From: Nanobdellota archaeon
GTDB lineage: Archaea > Nanobdellota > Nanobdellia > Pacearchaeales > GW2011-AR1
NCBI GenBank assembly: GCA_038044305.1
Contig: JBBTAF010000012.1
Span: forward strand, 1 to 31,692
DNA: 31,692 bases
Direction of reading: 5' to 3'
In this document: positions 17,970 through 25,796 of the stretch, one piece after another
How the letters are laid out: every line of letters begins with the position of its first letter
Numbering within the stretch: position 1 is the first letter of the stretch
Notes under the pieces: model-generated
Seen by the model: only the letters and a program-made list of their open reading frames with translations
The model's database searches: none
What the model was told of the DNA's origin: nothing
Translations under genes and position numbers: made by a program

Positions 17970-18869
17970 CTATGGAGCTCCAACCCCAAATTTTTTCGGC
18001 ACGGTGGCTTCGCCACTGACGCAAACTACCTGACCACCCGAGCCCGAGTAAGCAAGATCCTCGTAGTTCGAGCTAACATCGAGGACCCCGTACAAATACA
18101 ACCTCGATAGTCCAGAATTTATAGTCCATAATTGTCTATTCTTTCCATTTGGATCTGTACTATAAATCTGACTAGGTAATCCAGTTTGAGGATTCATTTT
18201 AGCAGAATCAATATAACTTCCGTTTTTACTCATCAGAATGGGTGCCTCAAAACATAAATCAGGATTGTTTAGAACAAAAGCCAATTTATGAGGAGAATTG
18301 GAATCTTTCTTTAATGATAGAGCATTTAGAGGAATTACATATGCACTATTATTTTTCAGTGAGGGATTATGTCTCCTCAATTGTACAGAAATATTCTTTG
18401 CCAGATACTCATTTGGATCTGCATCAGTTCTCCAAATTAAAGAAGATTCTTCATAATGATTTGCAAATTCAATACTTTTTTTATTAAGAATTGCCTCCAA
18501 TTCTCCTTGAGTTGCAGTTCTTATTTTCATTGGACTTAGAATCTGATTTGCAAGTATAACTGCAAATGGATTTGAGCCAGTAACAACTTTACCACTATCA
18601 TCCCAATTCAACACTTTCAATGCAGAAGCGTCTGCATAATCTCTCTTTACTCTTGCATTATACTCCTGAAGAAAATCTTTTCCAAATTGTCCTTTTAGCA
18701 AGAATGCAGATTTGAAAGTTATGACTCCAGTTGGTACTGGAGAAACTACTCCTGCATTTGGATCAGGTTGAACAACAGGAGCTACTGGAGCAGGAGGCAA
18801 TTTAGCCTCTTGGTTTTTTCTCTCTGCATATCTCATCAGCCAAGATTGATATAAATCAGAGTTGCTCAT
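17970..18869 (-). CDS. DGR target (variable) protein, copy A; probable C-terminal CLec-fold domain
   Basis: C-terminal GLSRLYLYGVLDVSSNYEDLAYSGSGGQVVCV carries the VR; Pro-rich linker near the N-terminus. The CLec fold is inferred from known archaeal DGR targets. Confidence 0.92.
   Translation of the reverse strand: MSNSDLYQSWLMRYAERKNQEAKLPPAPVAPVVQPDPNAGVVSPVPTGVITFKSAFLLKGQFGKDFLQEYNARVKRDYADASALKVLNWDDSGKVVTGSNPFAVILANQILSPMKIRTATQGELEAILNKKSIEFANHYEESSLIWRTDADPNEYLAKNISVQLRRHNPSLKNNSAYVIPLNALSLKKDSNSPHKLAFVLNNPDLCFEAPILMSKNGSYIDSAKMNPQTGLPSQIYSTDPNGKNRQLWTINSGLSRLYLYGVLDVSSNYEDLAYSGSGGQVVCVSGEATVPKKFGVGAP
18004..18016 (-). promoter_or_regulatory. DNA hairpin 3' of VR-A (putative DGR homing signal)
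   Basis: GTGGC-GAA-GCCAC, 9 nt downstream of the VR; contains the GCGAAGC mini-hairpin; absent after TR. Confidence 0.75.
18026..18110 (-). repeat. DGR variable repeat VR-A
   Basis: 70/85 identity to TR; 11 A>G and 4 A>T changes. Confidence 0.95.
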
Positions 18870-19011
18870 TATTTTCCTCCTCTGATTTAAGCAAAATGTC
18901 TAAACCTTGTTCGAGTGCGTGACTTTTATTTCTAAACTTGCCAAGTTCAACTAAGTTTTCAATTAGTTTTATCTTTTCTCCATCTATACTAATACTCAAT
19001 TTTTGTTTCAT
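18856..19011 (-). CDS. Ribbon-helix-helix (CopG/Arc/MetJ-like) DNA-binding protein, 51 aa (absent from the ORF track)
   Basis: MKQKLSISIDGEKIKLIENLVELGKFRNKSHALEQGLDILLKSEEENNEQL*: beta-strand KLSISI, helix, GKFRNKS turn, helix. ATGA overlap with the vWA stop codon. Confidence 0.8.
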   Translation of the reverse strand: MKQKLSISIDGEKIKLIENLVELGKFRNKSHALEQGLDILLKSEEENNEQL

Positions 19012-20795
19012 TCTGAACCTCCAATGATTTTAGGACTTTGTTTATAATAACTAGATACAAATGACACCATTGCTTTTGATAAGTCATCGTCTCCATTTAC
19101 ATTTACAACTGGAATGCCTATTCCCTTCAAGTAATTAGAGAAAGCAGTATCTCCGCCTATCTGAATGTGAGCATAATCTGATGTTCTAACCTTCGCCTCG
19201 AACCTTGTCTTTTGTGTATCATCTATACTAAATTCTCCATCAGAAATAGATAATACTAAAGAGTTCTCTTCCAATTCACTTTCCAATCCATTAATATCTA
19301 AAGAAGTTCCTCCAGAAGGTTTAGTTAATAATGACTTTGCAACAAGTGCAGAATTGCCTCTTACACTAGACTCTCCAGAGAATCCTATAACTCTATTCTC
19401 GATATACTGCCCAACTCCCTGTCTTTCGAAAAAATTGTCTATTCCGAAATATCCTTTCAGAGCAAAATGATGCTTGCTATTATCACCCCATGAAATATAA
19501 CTTGTATTTCCAATATTCACAGGATTTCCTGATGCATCTGTTTCATTTTTAGTATTCAAAGCCATACTTCCAGACCTATCTATTAAAGCCAACTTGAAAT
19601 TTGGAAATTTGTGAGGATGCTTTTTATATGAAACTGGATAATCAATTTGATGTTTTGTAGTTCTTACTTCCCATTCTCCATCTTTTAGTCCTATTCCTTT
19701 AAATTTGAATTTTCGTTCATCCTCTTTGACAAATCTTCTTCCAAATCTAACTAAAGGCATTGACTGACTTGCAGAATAATGAGTTGTTTCAACTGGAACT
19801 TCTTTTGAAATTCTTCTATATAAATCATAAAGTTGCTCTTCCAAGTTTCTATGAGCCAATGGAACTTCACCTGCCTGATACCTACCAAATGCAACATTCT
19901 GTCTATTAATAGGCATTTTCATTTCTCTGTCAAATGGATTTCTTTCCTCGGAATTTTCATCTCCTTCACCAGAGCCAAACATTTTTTGCTTTGGAATGTC
20001 ATCCAACAGTTTACCCAAATTAACTGCAAAATTATATCCCAATTGACCCCACATTTCTGCTCTTTGCTTTAAATCCCTCCGATTGAACAATTTCTCAAAT
20101 CCCTTCTTTTCATGGAGTCTAAAAACATTTTCTTCCTGAACCATAGTTTTCATTTCCCCTAAAAATCCATTCACTGCTTCATCTACTTCTTCTTTTCCAG
20201 TAAAAAATCTCCTCAACAAAGTATAATCAGAAGCATTACCTGCCAATCTCAAATTAATTTTCACAAATGCTTCATAAAAAGGATTGAACTTGCCCCTTTC
20301 TGAATTAACAATTCCCTGATTATTCCAAAATAATGTCTGCCCTGCAAAATTTGTATGCCTTCTACAATTAACATTATCTAAAACATCTTCAAATGCATTT
20401 GTTACATATGTTTCGAGTCCTTTTTTCCCAACTGAATCCAGTCCCCTAGTAATTGCATCTTTTATTCTTTCATGCGTTTCTATATCATAAGGACATCCGT
20501 ACCTTTCTCCAACTTTATTTTCCCTGTGTCCTGTTTCATGTTGCAAAATATCTTCTCCCACTTCCAGCAAGACATCTTTCATACTTTTCTTATATACAAA
20601 CGATTGAGTTTCCTCATCTGGAACTAAATTCAAATCTTCTCCATATGAAATACCTATTTCTTTCCAATCGGTAGTAATATATGCTGCAAGTGATTTCCCT
20701 CTAACTTCTTCCACTCTTAATCTAGTTCCAACTAAACCTATCCTATTCTTTTTCTTTTCGAGTTTTTGTTTAATTTGTTCAAGTTCGCTTTTCAT
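19008..20795 (-). CDS. vWA-domain protein with an N-terminal HExxH metallopeptidase-like region
   Basis: MIDAS elements LALIDRSGSM, GGTS, SISDGE; N-terminal ILQHETGH followed by NAFEDVLDN. Confidence 0.8.
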   Translation of the reverse strand: MKSELEQIKQKLEKKKNRIGLVGTRLRVEEVRGKSLAAYITTDWKEIGISYGEDLNLVPDEETQSFVYKKSMKDVLLEVGEDILQHETGHRENKVGERYGCPYDIETHERIKDAITRGLDSVGKKGLETYVTNAFEDVLDNVNCRRHTNFAGQTLFWNNQGIVNSERGKFNPFYEAFVKINLRLAGNASDYTLLRRFFTGKEEVDEAVNGFLGEMKTMVQEENVFRLHEKKGFEKLFNRRDLKQRAEMWGQLGYNFAVNLGKLLDDIPKQKMFGSGEGDENSEERNPFDREMKMPINRQNVAFGRYQAGEVPLAHRNLEEQLYDLYRRISKEVPVETTHYSASQSMPLVRFGRRFVKEDERKFKFKGIGLKDGEWEVRTTKHQIDYPVSYKKHPHKFPNFKLALIDRSGSMALNTKNETDASGNPVNIGNTSYISWGDNSKHHFALKGYFGIDNFFERQGVGQYIENRVIGFSGESSVRGNSALVAKSLLTKPSGGTSLDINGLESELEENSLVLSISDGEFSIDDTQKTRFEAKVRTSDYAHIQIGGDTAFSNYLKGIGIPVVNVNGDDDLSKAMVSFVSSYYKQSPKIIGGSE

Positions 20796-20814
20796 CTTTT
20801 CCTACCTTCTCTTC

Positions 20815-21714
20815 CTATGGAGCTCCAACCCCAAATTTTTTCGGCACGGTGGCTTCGCCACTGACGCAAACTACCTGACCACCCGAGCCCGAGTAAGCAA
20901 GATCCTCGTAGTTCGAGCTAACATCGAGGACCCCGTACAAATACAACCTCGATAGTCCAGAATTTATAGTCCATAATTGTCTATTCTTTCCATTTGGATC
21001 TGTACTATAAATCTGACTAGGTAATCCAGTTTGAGGATTCATTTTAGCAGAATCAATATAACTTCCGTTTTTACTCATCAGAATGGGTGCCTCAAAACAT
21101 AAATCAGGATTGTTTAGAACAAAAGCCAATTTATGAGGAGAATTGGAATCTTTCTTTAATGATAGAGCATTTAGAGGAATTACATATGCACTATTATTTT
21201 TCAGTGAGGGATTATGTCTCCTCAATTGTACAGAAATATTCTTTGCCAGATACTCATTTGGATCTGCATCAGTTCTCCAAATTAAAGAAGATTCTTCATA
21301 ATGATTTGCAAATTCAATACTTTTTTTATTAAGAATTGCCTCCAATTCTCCTTGAGTTGCAGTTCTTATTTTCATTGGACTTAGAATCTGATTTGCAAGT
21401 ATAACTGCAAATGGATTTGAGCCAGTAACAACTTTACCACTATCATCCCAATTCAACACTTTCAATGCAGAAGCGTCTGCATAATCTCTCTTTACTCTTG
21501 CATTATACTCCTGAAGAAAATCTTTTCCAAATTGTCCTTTTAGCAAGAATGCAGATTTGAAAGTTATGACTCCAGTTGGTACTGGAGAAACTACTCCTGC
21601 ATTTGGATCAGGTTGAACAACAGGAGCTACTGGAGCAGGAGGCAATTTAGCCTCTTGGTTTTTTCTCTCTGCATATCTCATCAGCCAAGATTGATATAAA
21701 TCAGAGTTGCTCAT
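20815..21714 (-). CDS. DGR target (variable) protein, copy B
   Basis: Identical 299-aa sequence; TAATG overlap with the ATPase stop codon. Confidence 0.92.
   Translation of the reverse strand: MSNSDLYQSWLMRYAERKNQEAKLPPAPVAPVVQPDPNAGVVSPVPTGVITFKSAFLLKGQFGKDFLQEYNARVKRDYADASALKVLNWDDSGKVVTGSNPFAVILANQILSPMKIRTATQGELEAILNKKSIEFANHYEESSLIWRTDADPNEYLAKNISVQLRRHNPSLKNNSAYVIPLNALSLKKDSNSPHKLAFVLNNPDLCFEAPILMSKNGSYIDSAKMNPQTGLPSQIYSTDPNGKNRQLWTINSGLSRLYLYGVLDVSSNYEDLAYSGSGGQVVCVSGEATVPKKFGVGAP
20849..20861 (-). promoter_or_regulatory. DNA hairpin 3' of VR-B
   Basis: GTGGC-GAA-GCCAC, same as copy A. Confidence 0.75.
20871..20955 (-). repeat. DGR variable repeat VR-B
   Basis: Identical to VR-A; adenine-only mismatches to TR. 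Confidence 0.95.
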
Positions 21715-23036
21715 TATTTTCCTCCGCCACTTTGATGTACTTGTTCCACAATTTCTCTAAGCTTAACTCTTGCAGAAGAGTTATCTAATTTATTCTTCTG
21801 AGCATAATCCTCTATCGCTTCTCTTACTGGAGACCATTTTCCCTTAACAGGTGAAATATCATTTAACAAATCTGCATCAGTTACTCCTGCCTCCGCCAAA
21901 GCAACTGCCTCCTCGAGTTTTGAAGATTTTTCAGATATCTCTGTTCTGTTCCCAGAATCGTTTCCAAGAAGAGTATCAAACGCAGAATAAACATCCCCTC
22001 CATGTTCCTGCTCAACATATCTAGGAGCCATTACTCCAGAATATGGAATAGTAAATCTCAAAGCATCCAAAAACAAAGGAATTACTTGAGGATTTTCTCC
22101 CTTTGCTTCTCCAATCATTTGCAAAGCACCTGTAAGAGCTATTGCAGACAAAACGCCTCTAGGAGAAAGAGGAAATAATTTATTTTCATCATTATCAGTT
22201 TTGATTCCTTCCAAATTTGGCCATCTTGAGTCACAGGCAATTTTACTATTTCCCTTTACATTTTCCAAATAGTCAAGTCCTTCAGTAAAATAAACACCTA
22301 AAATAGGAAGAATTGGATGAGTCTCTCTTCCTTTAAACTCTCTATTTAACGCCAAAATTTCTTCTCTTGTAATTCCTTTGGTATTAGTAGGCATATCCGA
22401 TTGAGGACTTCTCTTACCTCTAAAAACATCTAAAAGATTAACTGGTCTTGCTCTATAATCTGGATGATCTAATTTGACAATTAAATGCATTCTGTCTTTT
22501 AGAGCCCTATCAGAATCTGATACTCCCACATACTCACCATCACCCAAGTTTCCAGTTGCAAAACCTACACTATATCCATCAGTTCCCAAATTCAATATTC
22601 TACCATCGTGAACCAATTTTCCATCGAAAAAGTCGAAGAAATAGTTCTGTACTATTGGAGGTGCTCTATTTAGCTCATCTATAAAGAACAAGTTCTTTCT
22701 CACATTTTCAGTCAATTGAACTAAATCTCTGTCAGTTACTGCATTTTTAATTTTATCAAGTCTCATTTGCTTTAGTAATTCAGAAGGCTCAAAATCAGGT
22801 CTTCCCATAGCATAGCAAGAAGAATCTGGAAAACATCCTATTAAGTCATTGCCAAGCTGAGTTTTTCCTCTTCCAGTGCCTCCAACAAAATAGGCATTCA
22901 GTCTTGCAATTAATGGAGCTTTTACTAAAATATCTCTTGCAGTAAAAGATGCACCTCCAAGAGAGATTACTCTATCATTTTGATAACTTCCACTTTCCAA
23001 TTTTTCTATTGCTAACCTATTATTTTCGGATACCAT
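21714..23036 (-). CDS. MoxR-like AAA+ ATPase
   Basis: Walker A GGTGRGKT, Walker B FFIDELNRAPP, sensor-1 ATGN, DRALKDRM arginine-finger region; vWA partner in the same operon. Confidence 0.88.
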   Translation of the reverse strand: MVSENNRLAIEKLESGSYQNDRVISLGGASFTARDILVKAPLIARLNAYFVGGTGRGKTQLGNDLIGCFPDSSCYAMGRPDFEPSELLKQMRLDKIKNAVTDRDLVQLTENVRKNLFFIDELNRAPPIVQNYFFDFFDGKLVHDGRILNLGTDGYSVGFATGNLGDGEYVGVSDSDRALKDRMHLIVKLDHPDYRARPVNLLDVFRGKRSPQSDMPTNTKGITREEILALNREFKGRETHPILPILGVYFTEGLDYLENVKGNSKIACDSRWPNLEGIKTDNDENKLFPLSPRGVLSAIALTGALQMIGEAKGENPQVIPLFLDALRFTIPYSGVMAPRYVEQEHGGDVYSAFDTLLGNDSGNRTEISEKSSKLEEAVALAEAGVTDADLLNDISPVKGKWSPVREAIEDYAQKNKLDNSSARVKLREIVEQVHQSGGGK

Positions 23037-23049
23037 ATTTTAACTTAAA

Positions 23050-23083
23050 AGTAGTATAAAATACTACTATTTAAATCTTTCTA
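23050..23083 (-). promoter_or_regulatory. BRE/TATA promoter of the ATPase operon with an adjacent 8-bp inverted repeat (operator candidate)
   Basis: Minus strand TAGAAAGATTTAAATA (23083-23068); AGTAGTAT-AAA-ATACTACT at 23050-23068, between the TATA box and the ATG. Confidence 0.55.
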
Positions 23084-23163
23084 CTAGTGTAACTATATAA
23101 TGACACTATGATAAACACCTAAACCAAAGTAATAATTTATTAATATTCAAATCATAAAGCCCT

Positions 23164-23736
23164 ATGACACAACATACATTTATTATAGAACATCTAGAAC
23201 CAGAACTATTTCCTTGGTGCTTAATAGAATACAAACATATCTCTAAGTTAATCGGGAAAAATAGCCTCTGGTTTACTAACATCAAAAAGAAAGATAAAAA
23301 TAAATTGGAAAAATATGGAAAAATTTTCCAAGAATCAATAAAAAATCTCCCACTAAGTAATCTTTGTGTCTTAGATCCTGATGGAGAAAAAACACTCTCG
23401 CCTGAAGATTCTAAGTTTAGCTATTTCGTTTTTGGAGGAATTTTAGGAGACAACCCTCCAAGAAAACGAACAGGTCCAGAACTAACTAAATTTCTCCCTA
23501 ATGCAGAAAAAAGAAACATAGGAAAAGAACAATTCAGCACAGATAATGCTGTTTTTGTAACCCATAGAATACTATCTGGAACTTCATTGAATGAAATGCA
23601 ATTCCAAAATGAAGTAGAAATAAGAAAAAATAAGATTGAGTCTTTCATTCTCCCATACAAATATAATCTAGTAAATGGAAAGCCATATATAAGTAAAGAA
23701 TTAGTCAGTTTTCTAAAGAAAAAGAAAGGATTCTAA
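23164..23736 (+). CDS. Sfm1-like SPOUT-family SAM-dependent methyltransferase
   Basis: FIIEHLEPEL..W..IEY, LCVLDP...LSPED, FVFGGILGDNPPRKRT, QFSTDNAV. Confidence 0.85.
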   Translation: MTQHTFIIEHLEPELFPWCLIEYKHISKLIGKNSLWFTNIKKKDKNKLEKYGKIFQESIKNLPLSNLCVLDPDGEKTLSPEDSKFSYFVFGGILGDNPPRKRTGPELTKFLPNAEKRNIGKEQFSTDNAVFVTHRILSGTSLNEMQFQNEVEIRKNKIESFILPYKYNLVNGKPYISKELVSFLKKKKGF

Positions 23737-23775
23737 TTAGTAAAATTTATAAACTATAGCTCTCTATAGAATAAT

Positions 23776-24036
23776 ATGGTTACCACAATACAAATCGATG
23801 AAAGTCTAAAAAATAGACTAAATTCTATCAAGATACATAAAAGAGAAACATACAACGATTTAATTTTAAGATTAGTTCATTCATTCTCCCCAAAAAATCA
23901 AGATAAAGAAAGTCTTGTAGAAACGATAGAAATCCTGTCAGATCCTGAAATTATGAGGGGAATAGCAAAGGGAATAGATTATTATAATAAAGGAAAGTTC
24001 AAAACACTAAAGCAAGTAAGAAAGGAGATAGAATAG
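23776..24036 (+). CDS. Antitoxin (RHH-like N-terminus, ETIEILSDPE C-terminus)
   Basis: MVTTIQID...ETYNDLILRL DNA-binding pattern; 1 nt upstream of a RelE gene. Confidence 0.75.
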   Translation: MVTTIQIDESLKNRLNSIKIHKRETYNDLILRLVHSFSPKNQDKESLVETIEILSDPEIMRGIAKGIDYYNKGKFKTLKQVRKEIE

Positions 24037-24037
24037 A

Positions 24038-24316
24038 ATGCCTTTTGAGGTGATTCTTTCAGAGGAAGCAGAAGCATTCATAAAGAAATGTGATAAATCT
24101 ACTGGAAATAGAATTTTAGACAAAATTGAATTATTATCCGAAAACCCTAGATTAGGAAAACCTTTAACAGCAACTCTTGCAGGCTTTTGGAGTTTAAGGA
24201 TTGGAGATTACAGAACAATTTATCAAATAAAAGACAATGAACTTATTGTGTTAGTTATCAAAATAGGACATAGAAAAAATGTTTATGACTATACTCCCAA
24301 ATATCTTTTCTTATGA
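24038..24316 (+). CDS. relE: RelE/ParE-family toxin
   Basis: GKPL...WSLRIGDYRTIYQI....IVLVIKIGHRKNVY. Confidence 0.9.
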   Translation: MPFEVILSEEAEAFIKKCDKSTGNRILDKIELLSENPRLGKPLTATLAGFWSLRIGDYRTIYQIKDNELIVLVIKIGHRKNVYDYTPKYLFL

Positions 24317-25146
24317 ACTGTCATATACCTTCTAATAAAATACTTTACAAAACCCTCTTCATCTTTTTGTAATGCCTTATAATACGAACGTCTTTTTTTG
24401 TATTCTATTATTAACATAGGATATCCTGCCTTCCACAAAATATCATTCATTAATAATCTTCCAATTCTTCCGTTTCCATCGCCAAAAGGATGAATCTTTT
24501 CAAATTTATAGTGTGCTCTTGCAGACAATTCAACTGGATTAATCTTCGATTGCTCGATAAATTTTATCATTTTATCCATCATTCCTTCTACTTCCTGCCA
24601 ATCCGGAGCAAGATATAATCCAATTCTCACTAAATAGTCTCTAAATTTTCCAGAGATATCAGATTTACTCTCTCCAAATATCCTTTGATGCCATCCAAGA
24701 AGCAACTTATTAGTTATCTTTTCTCGTTTTTCTAGCATATTTAAAAATACATTACTATGCGCCTCTGCTTCCCTCACGTCTCTTATGGGTTTGTTAGGAG
24801 AAATTTTATCTTGAACAATTTCTCTAACCTCTTCCAAGGTAATAGTAGAACCTTCTATAGCGTTAGTATTATAAGTAAAAGCAATAGATATCTCTTCCAA
24901 TTCTTTTTTCTTTACACTTTCAGGAATATTTTTCCATTCTTTTTGAAAACTGTTTCTTATTTTTTCTATTCTATTCCAAAAATCTTCATTTGCCTCTCTC
25001 TCAAATTCTCTTTCTATTTCTTCAATATTTTTGGGAATTTCTTTGCCCAAGTATTTTTGCTTGCTTATTACCTTATTTCCTTTCCTTATATTAATATAAA
25101 GATAATAATACTTACTTTTTCCTTTTATTTTTTCCCTTATGACCAT
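24289..25146 (-). CDS. Fic-domain protein
   Basis: Canonical HPFGDGNGRIGR motif; YNTNAIEG; N-terminal YYYLYINIR...KYLG region. Confidence 0.93.
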   Translation of the reverse strand: MVIREKIKGKSKYYYLYINIRKGNKVISKQKYLGKEIPKNIEEIEREFEREANEDFWNRIEKIRNSFQKEWKNIPESVKKKELEEISIAFTYNTNAIEGSTITLEEVREIVQDKISPNKPIRDVREAEAHSNVFLNMLEKREKITNKLLLGWHQRIFGESKSDISGKFRDYLVRIGLYLAPDWQEVEGMMDKMIKFIEQSKINPVELSARAHYKFEKIHPFGDGNGRIGRLLMNDILWKAGYPMLIIEYKKRRSYYKALQKDEEGFVKYFIRRYMTVHKKRYLGV

Positions 25147-25297
25147 ATAATACTATGCTCCTACATATTTATATACTTTTGTATAATAAGATATAATGTA
25201 GGAGTATAAGGAGTATCATTTTTCAACCAAATAAACCAAATTACTTGCCTCGTTGCCATCAACAACCTTGACTTTTCTAAATTCTCTTTTTTTAAAT

Positions 25298-25795
25298 CTA
25301 TTGCCTCAATTTCTTTGCAAGCTCAATCAAATCTCCATCTTCAGCTCTTGGTCCATCATTTGAGGTAATGTAACCTAAATATTTTTCAAAATAAGTATTA
25401 ACTCCACTATGAACCTGCTTCCATTCTCCCTTCTTCATATATCCTGTCCCATTAAATGGCACTAGCTTTATATGCGCATGATCTATTCCAGTTCCTTCCA
25501 TTATTAGTCCAACTCTTCCAATATTATCCAATTTATCAACCATTAACTTTGCAACCTTTTTAGCTTCAATAATAAAATCCTTTAAATCAGAATCTGGCAT
25601 CTGCAAAACATCACTTCCATAATGCTTTTTAGGGATTACAACAGAAAACCCCTTTGTATTTGGAAAAGGAGATAACCAAGCAAGATATTTTTCAGTTTCC
25701 CAAAATTTTCCTCCTCCAAGAGGTTGCCTTTTTCCTTGAGCAATCTCACAAAATATACATTTTCCTTCCTTAGTCTTAGAATCATACTCTACCAT
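25298..25795 (-). CDS. HIT-family protein (HxHxK variant)
   Basis: CIFCEI, FPNTKGFSVVIPKKH, GIDHAHIKLVP. Start placed at ATG 25795 rather than the track's 25828. Confidence 0.85.
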   Translation of the reverse strand: MVEYDSKTKEGKCIFCEIAQGKRQPLGGGKFWETEKYLAWLSPFPNTKGFSVVIPKKHYGSDVLQMPDSDLKDFIIEAKKVAKLMVDKLDNIGRVGLIMEGTGIDHAHIKLVPFNGTGYMKKGEWKQVHSGVNTYFEKYLGYITSNDGPRAEDGDLIELAKKLRQ

Positions 25796-25796
25796 T

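Larger units (their letters stand above)
17933..18880 (-). repeat. 948-bp direct repeat, copy A (identical to 20778-21725)
   Basis: Offset 2845; no differences found by eye. Boundaries are set by first mismatches at 17932/20777 and 18881/21726. Confidence 0.92.
16565..21714 (-). mobile_element. Diversity-generating retroelement cassette (RT + TR + two VR-bearing targets)
   Basis: DGR-type RT 28 nt downstream of a TR that matches both VRs with adenine-only mismatches. Confidence 0.95.
20778..21725 (-). repeat. 948-bp direct repeat, copy B
   Basis: Identical to 17933-18880; includes the last codons of the ATPase and the first 18 nt of the vWA gene. Confidence 0.92.

Noticed and set aside
17973-17982. 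TGGAGCTCCA palindrome at the target stop codon
   Set aside because: It has no loop and is short; it cannot be distinguished from chance, and the GAA hairpin is the better homing-signal candidate.
18242-18487. Plus-strand 81-aa ORFs duplicated at 21087-21332, and other short antisense ORFs in the track
   Set aside because: They are shadow ORFs opposite well-supported genes; their identity simply follows from the 948-bp duplication.
25225-25297. Possible gene-end remnant (REFRKVKVVDGNEASNLVLFG*) on the minus strand
   Set aside because: Too short, and I cannot assign it to any family.
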